Origin: Macrostomum lignano
Taxonomy: Eukaryota
Assembly (NCBI GenBank): GCA_002269645.1
Contig: NIVC01001111.1
Span: 62,001 to 126,000, forward strand
Length of the DNA stretch: 64,000 bases
Direction of reading: 5' to 3'
Position numbers and translations under genes: made by a program. The notes under the pieces were generated by a model. It was given only the letters and a program-made list of their open reading frames with translations. It ran no database searches and was not told the DNA's origin. Positions 1 through 17,490 of the stretch are shown piece after piece (the first letter of the stretch is position 1; the number at the start of each line of letters is the position of its first letter).

Positions 1-280
1 TTGCAACTTACCTAACCCTTTTGCGACTTACCTAATCCTTTTTGCGACTTACCTAATCCTTTTTGCGACTTACCTAACCCTTTTGCGACTTACCTAATCC
101 TTTTTGCGACTTACCTGATCCTTTTTGCGACTTACCTGATCCTTTTTTCGACTTACCTGATCCTTTTTGCGACTTACCTGATCCTTTTTGCGACTTAGTT
201 TGCTTCTTTTGCGACTTACCTAATCCTTTTTGCGACTTACCTGATTATTTTTACAACTTAGCTTGCTTCTTTTGCGAATT
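1..280. repeat. ~22-bp tandem repeat (GCGACTTACCTRATCCTTTTT), about 12 copies, truncated by the window start
   Basis: Directly visible; the minus strand of most units reads AGGTAAGT. Confidence 0.9.
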
Positions 281-3180
281 GTTTTTATTTTGCTTCACCA
301 TTTTCCCTGAACTGCTCTTTCTTTCGCTTTCCTCTTGCCTTTCTTGGTTCTTGTGTTTTTCGGTTTTTGGTTGACTCAATTTTGCGACTTACCCCTGGTC
401 AGCCACGATTTACGGTGGCCGGATCGGCCAGGTCGGCCAGCAGTTGCGCATGTATGATAGTACAATACTACTAGACTTTTGAAAATGCCAATAAAATTTA
501 TTTAATAGTTTAAACATAGATATTTATTATTAGTAGGCAACTTAGTAAGAACTTTAATAAAAGTTAAAAAAATGTTTTGTTGTTATTTTAATTTATATTA
601 TAGATCTTACTTTTCCATTTCTAAATGTCCTCACTTTGTTTTGTTGTAAAAAGTTAATTTGTGTTTTATGCAAACTATTTTTTAAATGACTTTTTACAAT
701 TTTTTTATAAATATAGCTAGCAATGCATTTTTTGATATGGGAAATTTATTAAAATAAAAATAAATGCAAAATAGCAATTGCAAAAAAATGTCTTTTCAAC
801 TGTTAGTAGTTTGTCTTTTTCATCCTTTTTATGTCAAAAAATGGATTGCACATCAGGTCTATAAAATAAAAACAAATTCTGTTTGATTTGCTATACACTT
901 GGCTAGAGAATATATCAAAGCAGGTGAGTGCTGGACTGTTTTATAATTTTTTGATATTTTCTATATCCAATATATTTCAACTAGATATTAGTTTGGAAAG
1001 TGCCCAATATATGTAAAGCTTCAAAACAACTTAATATTAAAAGAAAAATACTATATAAAAACAAAAAAAAACAAATTACAAACACTTAATATATTTTATT
1101 TAAATCTTTTAAAATAATAAAAGCTTCTTAAAATATATTCAGCTTTTTCTATATCCTTTTCTAAGTTCAAAGTATACCACATTTTGTAATTTTTCATTTT
1201 TGGGCTACTTGTTCAGTTTCAACCCATTTTGGCAAAGAAATTTTTAGCAAAAGTCAATAATGGAAAAAATAATTTTGCAGTGACCATTTTGTCTAAAGCT
1301 AGCCATTTTGGCAAAAGATTTGTTGAGATAAATCCAAGCTTTGGCAAAGAGTGAAAGTTTTTTATGTTTTAGAAAAAATCAAAATGAAAAAGATGAACTT
1401 TGTAATGACTGTTTTATAGTCAAATGTTTTTTATTCTGTGGTAATTTTTTATCATTTGATACATAAAATGTTGTGGCAGTCCACTGCTACCAACTTATTA
1501 ACATAATGCGGACTGCAGAGCTATGCCTAAATGCCTCTTACTGTTATATCTATGGCCCAAATAGATGGTCAAATTGAGAAGCCAGGCCAAACTTGAGGCC
1601 TGGCAAGTGGACTTTCTTTTCTCACTTGCACAGCCTTAGGTGAGCTGCTACAATATTGTTTTATTGGTGTCATTCTATTACGGCGGAATTTCAAAGTATT
1701 ATTTAGGAACTGGAGCAGTTCCAATCACACAAGATCACCACATCATCATTCCCAATCCATTGGTTACACTTTGAATATGCATAACATAGCTACCAACTAA
1801 GTTGTGAGTTTCTAAATTTACCAACTGCAAATATTTCCAAGGTAGTCAATGATCAAATAATTTATTAAAAGCTACAATCATCAAAGTGCTATATTTAAAA
1901 TTATAAGCAGCCTGTCTTTTTGCCAAAATGTATTATTTATCTATCATTTAAACTACAAATTCATTTTTGCAAAAGCATCTTTTGCGAAAATGGATTGTAC
2001 TCATTTGTTCACTCTCTCACTGAAATGCTTATAGTGTTAATATTATTAGTTAATAATTAGTAGGGATTGATCATAATCAGTCACAATCACAAAAACTGTG
2101 ATCACAAGGATAAAATCATGCATGGTTTTTTCCAAATCACGATTTATGAATTTTGTGAATTAAATCTTACTTTTTTTAAATTATAGCATAACCAAAATTG
2201 TAACAAATCAGTGTAGATATAATAAAGCCATATAATAAAATATGGTCAAACAATAAACATAATAAAACAAAAGCTTAAAAATCAATAAAAATTATTAGAC
2301 TTAGGTATCCAGTCAATCTGGCAATAGGACGATCTGGCAACAGACAATCAGGCGACAATTAAAATGGTGGCAATCAATCCGGCAACAAGGTATTAAATTG
2401 GCTATTTTACATTTAAACAGATTAGAGAGCTTTTACATGTATTATCATAACTATTATAATTGTTATATATAATTGTTAAAAATATTTATTAATATATATA
2501 TAATATACCCTTTTTTTATTTTTAATAAAATGCATACAAAAGTTTTACATATTGAAATTTAGCAGGTTTAAAATCCATGGGTTTCAACAGCTTGTTTTCC
2601 TGTATAATGATGACATTGATTTAAAAAAGTAAACTGCATTTAAATTGATCATTTTGATGCATTCCTTATTTCTAGTAAGGGATGCACACGAGTTTTATAA
2701 TCAGATGCTAACCACCCACCAGTTATTTTCCATGTTGTAGTGTATTAGAGATGTCAATTGGAAAGCTCTAACAACTGTCACATATATAAAAAATTGACAA
2801 TATAATTACATTAAAACATTTGACATGACACCCTAAATTATGTCAGAAATATAGCCAAAATGTCCAATTTTTATTAGAAAAGATACCACCCTAAAATGAA
2901 TTTTTTTATACATAATAAGCAGGTGGAGATTGTTAGCGAGCAGGCAAAGAGCAGTGCTGGGAGCTGGAGTATATAAGATAAAAAACTACATGTAAAGTTC
3001 TATTTGTATCTAAATTCTATATAAAATCTACAATACAAAATATGTCATCAGATCATCTATTGCTACTTGACAATGTCAATGACCAAAAATGTAAGGAAAG
3101 AACAAAAATATAAGTCTGACAAGAAGTTATAACAATACAAATGTATTCAAATTTACCTAAATTCCTAATTTAATTAATTT

Positions 3181-3700
3181 CTTTGTTTATAACAATGATC
3201 ATGCAAATGTAACAACTTATTACTAATAAACTTTAATAATGAATTGAAATTGTGAACTTTATTGCTTGCATATAAGCATGAATCACTTTGATTCACTTAT
3301 TTCCCAATCTTTTGTAACTTTCTACTATGCCTGTTAATTAATGCTACTGAAACAACCTGCATATTTGCATTTTATAATCACTAATAAACTTTCAAGTTTC
3401 AAATAAAAGAGTTAATTCTTTTACCATATACTTATTTAAATTATATATTTATTTATAAAAGTATTTTATATGTCATAAGTCATAGGTTTTTTAAATTATT
3501 ATTTATTAGGACACCTTTTTTAGCTTGTAAATCTTTTAGATGACCTCAGTGTTTCACTAAAAAGGTGGAAAAGCAGACAGTGCATTAGAAAGTCTGTTTT
3601 GAAAAAAAGTGCAAGAATGTTCTAACTTTGAAGTATCTAATAGATTAATGCTTATTAACAATTATAAATTAATATTAATAATCTTAATATAAATTAAGAG
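3181..3700. repeat. Diverged dispersed repeat, copy 1 (copy 2 at 7349-7772, same orientation)
   Basis: Shared blocks such as CATGCAAATGTAACAACTTATTA, AATCACTTTGATTCA, TTTCCCAATCTTTTGTAACTTTCTA, TAGATGACCTC. Confidence 0.8.
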
Positions 3701-3858
3701 TGATTAAATTAAGATTTTTTTGTTTTAATGCTAATGGCAATGCTTTTGCCATTAATGGAAGTTAAGATTTTCATTAAGTGTTCAACACTGTGGTCTAGTT
3801 CCAAACGTGCACAAAAAATCACAGTTGGTCAATCCCTAATAATTAGTAATTATCATTA

Positions 3859-4644
3859 GGCTCATTCCATATAAGCATGGTCGTAACATGACAGGTTATT
3901 TTTACTTATAAAATGAAATCTAAAAATAGAATATACTAAACCAATATTTTAAATGAAAGATTATTTTGTCTAGAATATATTTATAGAGTTTCATATAGAT
4001 ATCATCATTAGTATAGATGCTATTAAACCTTAAATGACACTTATGGTCGTAACGACAGGATTTTTGACATATAGAAACTAAAAGGTAAAAGTCTTATAAC
4101 ATTTTTCATTTTTGATATTTTGCAATACATTTTTAAAATTTGACTAAGAACATCTTTAGAAATCATACTCTTTTATTAGAATATATAAACTCAAAAGGCA
4201 ACAAAGATACAAAAGAAAAGGCAGCCTTATGGTCGTAACATTATGGTCGTAACATATTTTTTTCTGTCAATTCAGTAACTTTGAGGTACTAATACATTAA
4301 AAATATAATAGATTATTTAGTCACCAATGCTTTTATCTGATGATGCAAGTACTATACTTTTATCTATAGTTTGTTTCAACCTTCAAAAGCTTTCTATTTG
4401 TTTTTAAAAGGTACAAAATCTTAATGATGTCTTTTGCTTCGAAAAATGTCCAAATTTTTACAAAAATGACTTTTTGCCAATTGATAACATACTAATCCAA
4501 CATTTTACCATTCCTTTATTCTTAGATTGTATATATTGCACAATATAAACATTTGGTAAAAAAATAGGCTAATTAGGCAATGGCAAGCAAAAATATTGAC
4601 TTTTTTCTATTTTCCAAATATGTCCATCTTATATGGAATGAGCC
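3859..4644. mobile_element. MITE, 786 bp, 17-bp perfect TIR, ATTA target duplication
   Basis: GGCTCATTCCATATAAG at 3859 and CTTATATGGAATGAGCC ending 4644; ATTA on both sides; internal ATGGTCGTAAC x4. Confidence 0.85.
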
Positions 4645-4934
4645 ATTACAATGACATTTTTTATTTATAAATTATTATTCATTATTTAGCACCAGCAGAA
4701 AAATAGTCCACTGCCACTAAGCCTAGTCATTTAAATAGTCCAGCAAACAAATTGTCCTGGATCCTAAACTTTTGATCTTTTGATAAAAGTTCTATAAATT
4801 AGTCAAAAGGTAAACATGTCTTTATACTAGTAATTTGACAGGTATTAATATAGGCAAGAACACTGATTAAAAGTTAATCTTTAAGTCAAAGCATTGACTA
4901 AGAATCCACTTATACAAAAAGAAAAAATCCTTAC

Positions 4935-5043
4935 CCCGACTGGCAGAAAGAATCATATTTGGAAATTGTGGATTAGTAGCGATCTGGGTTACCCAGCCAT
5001 TGTGACCAATGAGCTGGCCCTTGTATTGCATGTGTTCTGCCAT
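4935..5043 (-). CDS. RACK1: RACK1 (GNB2L1) coding exon 1; remaining exons are left of the window
   Basis: [36 protein letters not shown] followed by a G|GTAAGG donor; 109-nt phase-1 exon as in other animal RACK1 genes. Confidence 0.93.
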
Positions 5044-5717
5044 TGCTTTATTTTCGATCGTTGATAAAGATTCGAAAGTAACTGTATTGCTGATTGCAAA
5101 TGCAATAATACGATAATGGTAAAAGATCGCGCGAGACAAAAGCACAATGTAATTTAAAATGTTTATAAGACTAGCAATAAAAAAGTAACTGAAGTATTTT
5201 TGTACAAAAGTAGTTCTAAAAAATATTTTGAAAGCAAAGAGGATTGACTTTGTAAACAAATCTATTTAGGAGCTGTTAAGAACAGTTTTTGTTTTAATTT
5301 TTTTAAAGTTAAACAAAATCTTTACAAAGTTATTAATCAAAAATGTTAAAATTTAAAATTTAAATATTAATATTTTCAAAAAAAATTTAACTGTTGTTTT
5401 CATCATAAATAATGTCTTATTTTATTTTTTCTAGGAACTACTGATAAAAACTTTCAAAAACATTGCTAACTTATACAGATTTACGTTCTCTCTAACTGTC
5501 TTCGTCTGCCTGTCTTAGTTGATAAAAAATATTTATTAGGGCAGAATTTTAGAAAACAGTAAACGCCTTTTAGAGACTTTAGGCTCACCTTTTGGCTGCT
5601 TGCAGTTTTGGAAGACCTAGTAGTACACTGAATAAACTTTTTGTTTTTTTTTAAATAGTACTAGATAAGTCTTATTAACATATTGGTATTGATATTCTAT
5701 AATAAACTTCAACCACA
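5044..5717. promoter_or_regulatory. Putative bidirectional promoter of RACK1 and PP2A-C
   Basis: Divergent ATGs 674 bp apart; local CpG cluster at 5050-5136; minus-strand TCT-like GATCTTTTACC and TCTCGCGCGA (5127-5136). Confidence 0.6.
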
Positions 5718-10014
<4,297 letters not shown>

Positions 10015-10387
10015 AAGATTCATTGTACTCTGTTGTTTATTAACAAAAAACTTGTTCTGTGTCGCTTGGTTTGTTTGTTTCTGTCTGATTAAAACTCTGA
10101 AACGTGTTCCCTTTAGTTCTATGTGACGCAATCATCTTTCACTTGAATTGTTGTGCGTTAAAAAAATTGTTATTTTTTATGTCTACACCCTCTTAGTAGT
10201 GCCCCGGTCATTGTTAGCAATTGATTTCTCAATTTCTCACTTACTAATGCTTGAGGAGTTTGTATTTTTCTGCTTTGTCAGTGTTTTCTATATATTATAT
10301 TTAATGTTCCCATTGCATCCAGCGCATATCCTCAAGTCGTATTAAAAGCATATCTACTTGCTTTTTTACACAGTTAATCGGATCCTG

Positions 10388-10862
10388 CTTAGGCGGGGCC
10401 ACAGATACTATTGTACAATAACTGGATGGGCCACTCAGGCATATACTTAGTAAAACAGCTTTCTACTTTCAGTTCAGTAGCAAAGAAGAATACATAAGCT
10501 ATTTTATAAAAAAAGCCAGCTAAAACGACTTTGATAAGTTTAGAACCCCAAGCTTGCAGGCGTAAACAACTTGCTAATTGGTTCAGCAATAATGTACATT
10601 AGCCAGTCCACTGAAATGTACATGGCAGCTTTAGGCTGGAATTCCGAGACAGGCAATAAAAATTGGGGCGGGGCGGGGGTAGTGTGGAAAGTCGCGGTTG
10701 GAGGCTTTAAGCTGGGGGGGGGGGTAAGAGCCAATCAAATGAGCCCTGGCTTTAAAAATACATTAAAATGCTTCAGTTTAACTTACTACTGACCTGAAAG
10801 TAGCTTACACGCAAATGTGCTGAGTGGCCCATCTAGTTATTATCGTATCTGTGGGCGGGGCA
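10388..10862. mobile_element. Diverged MITE-like element with ~45-bp imperfect inverted ends
   Basis: CCACAGATAC..AATAACTGGATGGGCCACTCAG versus CTGAGTGGCCCCATCTAGTTATT..GTATCTGTGG. Confidence 0.55.
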
Positions 10863-12278
10863 AATGCTGCGCAGTTTGCTTTGTTTCAAGCTAATTAGAT
10901 TATCCCGAATTCGCTAACCCTTAACCTTTGTTGTGGCTTCCTGTAAAGCGAGTGCATGATCATTTAAATAATAATAATAGCAACGGATAATTAGCTTAAG
11001 ACGTTGCAAGCTAAATTACTCTCCGTGTTTCGCAATCAGTCTTGCCCCACTTCTAAATAACATGCTGTATAAAAATTTGCTTTTAAGTTGTTTTATTTTA
11101 TTTCAATGAGAATAAAGTTTGCTTTGTCTGCTGAGCTTATGGTCTGCTGGGTTTGGTTTAATTAAATAACAATTTAATTGGGTTTTTCTTCTTGCTTTGC
11201 TTCACAGTTTGCTCTGCATGTGGGCTGTGAATGAAGGTGTGAACACTGTGGTTTCAATTGAAGAGGCGCGGTTTTTTGTCCCGCAGTGCTCTTGCTATGG
11301 CTGCCTAATAAACAAATTATCTTAACGTTTTTTAGTTGGTTAGCTAAAATCTCAGCATGGACTTCTATGCCGAGTGGACAGGGTGTGACCTGGATTGGAA
11401 GCACTTTTCTTCTGAATTTAAGCTTACGACGCCAATTTGGACAAAACACGTGCTAACGATGGCAGAGTGCAATTTAAAATGTATATCTGGATACATTTAT
11501 CTATAAAATGCGTGCCAGTCCTGATGAGTCCTGTTCGAATATAATTGACGACAAAATGACTCAAGTAGTTAATGTCCAACTTGGCTGTCTAGGCCTTAAA
11601 CTCGTCCTTAAATTGATTTATTTCTCGTTGTCATGGAACTTTGCGAGGAAGCAGAGGGTTCTATGGTGCCAGTTTAACTAAAGGCCATAGACTTGTAGCG
11701 ATCGATCGATAGAAGTTTGTCAGGAAGCTTTTTGTCACAAAGCCAAGCATTAGCTGTGTTGAGGCAACTATTATAGGCATTGTACCATGACCTTTGTGCC
11801 CGCTGGGCACTTATTCTTGCCTTTTAATGCCATAAACTACATTTAAGCCCGCTTGCAGGAGTCACACTTACTTTAATGCAAATTAGCGGGCAGTTAATGG
11901 ATAAATAATCAGCGGTCCCAGTGCGTGACAACGATTGTCTGGCGAGCGCCGGTAAAGGCGCCCGAGGATTTCTCATTAACGCCCGCAAAGCATGGGTATT
12001 AATGTACTACTAACCTCGCTTGAACTACTATACGAAAGTCTACTTCTTAAGTCTTCGCATTGCCCGCTCTTGCTGTTAACTATTTAGCTATTATTAGGTG
12101 AAAAGCAACTAGAAAATAGTGTGTTGTCATTCTCCATCAATTTCAGTTCCTAGCGATTTGGCCACTTTCAATTTTCGTTTCGATATATCTATAAAATTTA
12201 CAAGCTACGAGCGTAGTGTTAGTCTGTGAGAGCTGCAAAGCATTGATTGGGCTTTAAGACAAGTTAATTGCAGACAGC

Positions 12279-12977
12279 CAGGCGCCTCGCCTCCGGAGGG
12301 ACAGGGGGAGCTGGGGCTTGTTCCCCCCACCCCTTGTGACCTGTTTTGGAAATCAATAATTTTGCTTCAGGGTGACAAAATATAGCACCCGCGGCCCCAA
12401 AACGAGTGCCTGCGGCGCTAAAACGAGTGCCTGCGGCGCTAAAATGAGTGTCTGCGGCGCCAAAACGAGTGCCTGCGGCGCTAAAATGAGTGCCTGCGGC
12501 GCCAAAACGAGTGCCTGTGGCGCCAAAATGAGTGCCTGCGGCGCCAAAACGAGTGCCTGTGACGCTAAAATGAGTGCCTGCAGCGCCAAAACGAGTGCCT
12601 GCGGCGCTAAAATGAGTGCCTGCGGCGCCAAAACGAGTGCCTGTGGCGCTGAAATGAGTGCCTGCGGCGCCAAAACGAGTGCCTGTGACGCTAAAATGAG
12701 TGTCTGCGGCGCCAAAACGAGTGCCTGCGGCGCTAAAATGAGTGCCTGCGGCGCCAAAACGAGTGCCTGTGGCGCTGAAATAAGTGCCTGCGGCGCTGAA
12801 ATGAATGCCTGCGGCGCCAAAATGGGTGCTATGCGGCGCTAAAATGAGCACTGATAACACCGGTTCAAAAAGGTAGAAAAGGGGTACATGTAGGAAATTA
12901 GTCATATACACGTGCATGTAGAATTCTGGGCTTTGTCCCCCCCCCCCTAAGTTTCGAAATCCATGGCGACGCCCATG
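12279..12977. mobile_element. Non-autonomous hAT-like element with an internal 21-bp tandem array (12390-12845)
   Basis: Ends CAGGCGCCTCGCC / GGCGACGCCCATG; 8-bp TSD CAGACAGC/CAGACGGC; G/C-run subterminal tracts. Confidence 0.7.
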
Positions 12978-13784
12978 CAGACGGCCTTTTCGAATCCTGT
13001 GTTTTTTTTCAGTTTTCTTGCGCTCTCCTCTATAGTAGAATATACAGAAGGGAAAGCTGATTGTTGAAGAGGACGCTCACGTGTGTGCTATAATTATAAT
13101 CCATCCCTAAGCTGAGTTGTCTCCTTTCCTTTAATTATGCAGATCTTGAGCAGCGGGCATAGCCATCTGCAGCCGAGTGATCAAATGGACTGAGCTTGCT
13201 TCGCTGTCCCTGCCACACCTCACTGCTCTGCTTTGCTGGGAAAATAGGCTTCTGCCTCATCTCTCTCCGCATCCATGAGTGCGCTGCACTGTAGCCTCTG
13301 TGCCTCTCTGCGCGCCAACAACACTTATTGTTCCAATAGAGTTTATCGCCATTCCATTCTGCTAGCTGTTACGCTCGGGTTGGCGCTCGCATGCTTTGAA
13401 TACAAAATGAATTAACTGAACCTGTCCGTCGGACGTCTCTCAGCACCCTGGAGGAGCGTATGCATGTGACTGTGCTGCTCTCTTTGCCCTGTCCCCCAGC
13501 TATGAATTCTACCGCTGCTCGCCCCATGGTGCCAAAAGACAGCAACCCCCCCCCCCCCTATGGCGCACGTATAAGAATGCATGCCGCACTCGGAGGGCAT
13601 CTCGGGCGAAATTCGGTGCAAAGCCTGGCGCCGAAGGGTTAGAAAAGTTTTGTCCTGAAACCCGAGCTGCAGAACTGCGGCGATTCAAAGTTTAATAATT
13701 CCAAGTTGTAGGCGGAGGCGAAGCAATTGGCAGTCTCTCGATCTCTACACTCGCTGAAAGATTCAATGCCAGCAACTGTTAGCG

Positions 13785-15156
13785 ATGCAAGTCAAAGCGA
13801 CGGCTTCAGAGCTTAGCTGGCATTGCTCAGGGCAGCGCCGATCTGCAACGGTTGCCAACTGCGCCTCGCCAGAGTCCGCCGGCGTCAATGGCGGCGAAGC
13901 CGATGACGAAGGACTCGGCCGGGAGGTCAGCGAGGAGGAGCACAACGCTCTGACGGATGCTGCGGCCCAGCTGCACAGGGTAGGTGGCTGGGGGGAATGC
14001 TATATAGGTATATAGCTGCAGAGGTCCAGTGGGAAGAGTTCGGGAGCTGCAGTGTGCTGAGGGACAGGAGGGAGAGGCAGCTGCAGAGGTCCAGTGGGAA
14101 GAGTTCGGGAGCTGCAGTGTGCTGAGGGACAGGAGGGAGAGGCAGCTGCAGAAGTCCAGTGGGAAGAGTGCGTGAGCCGCAGTGGGCCTAGATACAGGAG
14201 GGAGAGGCAGCTGCAGAGGTCCAGTGGGAAGAGTGCGTGAGCCGCAGTGGGCCTAGATACAGGAGGGAGAGGCAGCTGCAGAGGTCCAGTGGGAAGAGTG
14301 CGTGAGCCGCAGTGGGCCTAGATACAGGAGGGAGAGGTTAATGTAGCCAACAAGAAGACCTAGTCAGAACTTTAAACGCTCTACATCAGTTCAGTATTCA
14401 TCGCATTTTTACCCCATTTTTCAGGATGCGCAACGGTCTGGTTCAGAATCTCAGTTGGACGCCGTTACGACTCCCATTGTCGAGTCAAACAATGTACTGC
14501 TTAGACAGTTCCCAGTCGCCGAAAAAGTAATATTTGAACCTATCAATGGGGATGAGGACGCGATGGAGGCGGAGGCTGAGCCGGATGAGGCTGCGATAAT
14601 TGTCCCTCTGTCTCCATCGGCCGGCAACGCGATGGACGAGCCTTCTGAGGCTTGCTGTCTCTGGTCGATCGCCGAAGACTCGCCGAGGATGCCAACCGAT
14701 GGCACCGCAGATCCGCCGGCGTCCTCCTCCGCTTCGTCGGTCGGCAGCTCCCAGTCCGTCTATGATAATCTACCAGCTGAGCCGGCGCTGGCCTCCTGGC
14801 TGCTGGCCGACTCAGCCGATGCCGCCCTGGCCGCCGGCCTCCAGGACCGCTGGAGCCAAGTGCTGGACTGTGTGCAGCGGGAGCTGGAGTCCTTGATTGA
14901 CTACGAGCCCGAGGATTGTTCGCACAGAGCTGTCCAGATAGCTAAGCAGATTTTACAACTGCTCGTGTCTGGTACCAACTCTCGTTTCAAATTCGTCACC
15001 ATGGTAACCCTGGCCAAGGCCGGCTCGCCCGAGTCCCGGTTCCACCAGCTGTGCCGGAGCGCCGCCGACAACAGCCGGGATTTCAGCCGGGTGGCCGCTT
15101 GCCGGGGGCGCGCAGTGTGCGCGCTGGTCAGCTGCCATTTCTTCCGGCTGGACTGA
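13785..15156 (+). CDS. Tctex-1 (dynein light chain)-domain protein with long acidic N-terminus; exons 13785-13979, 14425-15156 (308 aa)
   Basis: Phase-0 GT-AG join; C-terminus DYEPEDCSHRAVQIAKQI..RFKFVTMVTL..CALVSCHFFRLD resembles the Tctex-1 pattern (Y..C...A..I; YKF.VQVTI; F.VA.V.G.Y.E). Confidence 0.55.
14013..14338. repeat. ~65-bp intronic minisatellite, 5 copies
   Basis: AGCTGCAGAGGTCCAGTGGGAAGAG...ACAGGAGGGAGAGG repeated. Confidence 0.9.
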
Positions 15157-15339
15157 CCGCCCCCCCCCCCCCCGGCTGAGTAAAATCTGCGGGATTTCAT
15201 CGTGGGGGAATTTTCCCATCTTCCTCATTTCCCCATAATCGGCGGCATACGCGGTGCGATGTCTGTCCTACTCAGTTTGACGCATCTGGAATGGACTCTA
15301 GCGCCAACAAAGCTTATAAGTTGGCGAGAGTAGATTATA

Positions 15340-15560
15340 TTTTGGCGCCACCAATTTTTTTTTGGCGCCACTAGATTTTATTTTGGCGCCACTTGATGAT
15401 ACTTTGGCGCCACTTGATTAGATTTCGGCGCCACTAGATTATACTTTGGCGCCACTAGATTACATTTTGGCGCCATTATATTGCATTTTTGCGGCACTAG
15501 ATTTAGCATCATAAAATCTTGTTTTAGCGCCTTTGAGTCTCGTTTTGGCGTCATCGAATC
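15340..15560. repeat. Degenerate ~20-bp repeat with TTTGGCGCCAC core
   Basis: Directly visible, about 8-10 cores. Confidence 0.8.
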
Positions 15561-16239
15561 ATCGAGTTTTGCAAACTTACGGCCCCCATGACACCCAATG
15601 TAGCGCGCAGACTCGATGCCACTTTGGTGCCTTTCTAAGAACCTCAGAGTTGAGGACTAAGGGGGGGGGCGCAACACCGCTTGAGCCGCGAACCCCCTGT
15701 TAGATGCTAGTCGGCAGATTTACTGTATTTGTATAGATTTCTCAGTTTTGTAATGCAACACGATTTTAATACCTACCGCTATGTTTGCACACCTTTTGAT
15801 TTCAATTCAATTAGCTTAGCCTTTTCCCCCTGTCAATCAGGGTTATTTTTACCGTTCTATTGATAGATGCATTCCTCTGACGGCCGAACACAAGCAAAAA
15901 TTGTTGATAATATTCATTTCTTCCTACTAATAGTAGAACAATTAGTGACGCCTTTTTTGATGAGCTCAGGAATTTTAGAATTTGCATGAAATTTCTATAG
16001 TTCGCTGGTGTACTCGTACGCAAGTGTAATTTGCGCCTTCGATGAATTTTCTCATTAAATTCTCTATCCATTATATACGGCTCGTACATGCGGATTTAAT
16101 ATGTTCATCTTTTATGATTGATGCATTTTATCGTTAAGACAATTGCACGTCTCTCAATTGCTGACTTTGCGATTCAAAAAGATGTCATTTGCCTGCCAGA
16201 TTTGAACATCGCCAAGATGGAGAAATTGCCCATTACCTC

Positions 16240-17490
16240 CCCCACTACGTGTGTCTCACCCTCACTTCTCTCCCCCACTCCCTGTGTCTCACCCTCACTT
16301 CTCTCCCCCACTCCCAGTGTCTCACCCTCACTTCTCTCCCCCACTCCCAGTGTCTCACCCTCACTTCCCACTCCCACTCCGTGTGTCTCACCCTCACTTC
16401 CCTCTCCCACTCCGTGTGTCTCACCCTCACTTCTCTCCCCCACTCCCAGTGTCTCACCCTCACTTCCCTCTCCCACTCCGTGTGTCTCACCCTCACTTCT
16501 CTCCCCCACTCCCAGTGTCTCACCCTCACTTCCCTCCCCCACTCCGTGTGTCTCACCCTCACTTCCCTCCCCCACTCCCTGTGTCTCACCCTCACTTCCC
16601 TCCCCCACTCCCTGTGTCTCACCCTCACTTCTCTCCCCCACTCCCAGTGTCTCACCCTCACTTCCCTCTCCCACTCCGTGTGTCTCACATTCACTTCTCT
16701 CTCCCACTCCCTGTGTCTCACCCTCACTTCCCTCTCCCACTCCCTGTGTCTCACCCTCACTTCTCTCCCCCACTCCGTGTGTCTCACCCTCACTTCTCTC
16801 TCCCACTCCCTGTGTCTCACATTCACTTCTCTCCCCCACTCCGTGTGTCTCACCCTCACTTCTCTCTCCCACTCCCTGTGTCTCACCCTCACTTCTCTCC
16901 CCCACTCCGTGTGTCTCACCCTCACTTCTCTCTCCCACTCCCTGTGTCTCACCCTCACTTCCCTCCCCCACTCCCTGTGTCTCACCCTCACTTCTCTCCC
17001 CCACTCCCAGTGTCTCACCCTCACTTCCCTCTCCCACTCCGTGTGTCTCACATTCACTTCTCTCTCCCACTCCCTGTGTCTCACCCTCACTTCCCTCTCC
17101 CACTCCCTGTGTCTCACCCTCACTTCTCTCCCCACTCCGTGTGTCTCACCCTCACTTCTCTCTCCCACTCCCTGTGTCTCACATTCACTTCTCTCCCCCA
17201 CTCCGTGTGTCTCACCCTCACTTCTCTCTCCCACTCCCTGTGTCTCACCCTCACTTCTCTCCCCCACTCCGTGTGTCTCACCCTCACTTCCCTCTCCCAC
17301 TCCCTGTGTCTCACCCTCACTTCTCTCCCCCACTCCGTGTGTCTCACCCTCACTTCTCTCTCCCACTCCCTGTGTCTCACATTCACTTCTCTCTCCCACT
17401 CCCTGTGTCTCACCCTCACTTCTCTCCCCCACTCCCTCTGTCTCACCCTTACTTCCCTTCCCCACTCCCTCTGTCTCACCCTCACTTCCC
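16240..17490. repeat. 33-bp pyrimidine-rich minisatellite, about 38 copies
   Basis: CCCACTCCGTGTGTCTCACCCTCACTTCTCTCC; gives periodic 11-aa ORFs in all frames. Confidence 0.97.

Noticed and set aside
1700-1760. Possible intronic C/D snoRNA in RACK1 intron 1 (AUGAUGA on the minus strand near 1743)
   Set aside because: No downstream box D (CUGA) at a suitable distance and no terminal stem; RACK1 hosts snoRNAs in other introns in vertebrates, but nothing here supports one.
4867-5259. 130-aa ORF as a full protein
   Set aside because: Only 4935-5043 is RACK1 exon 1; the rest is promoter/UTR and intron read-through.
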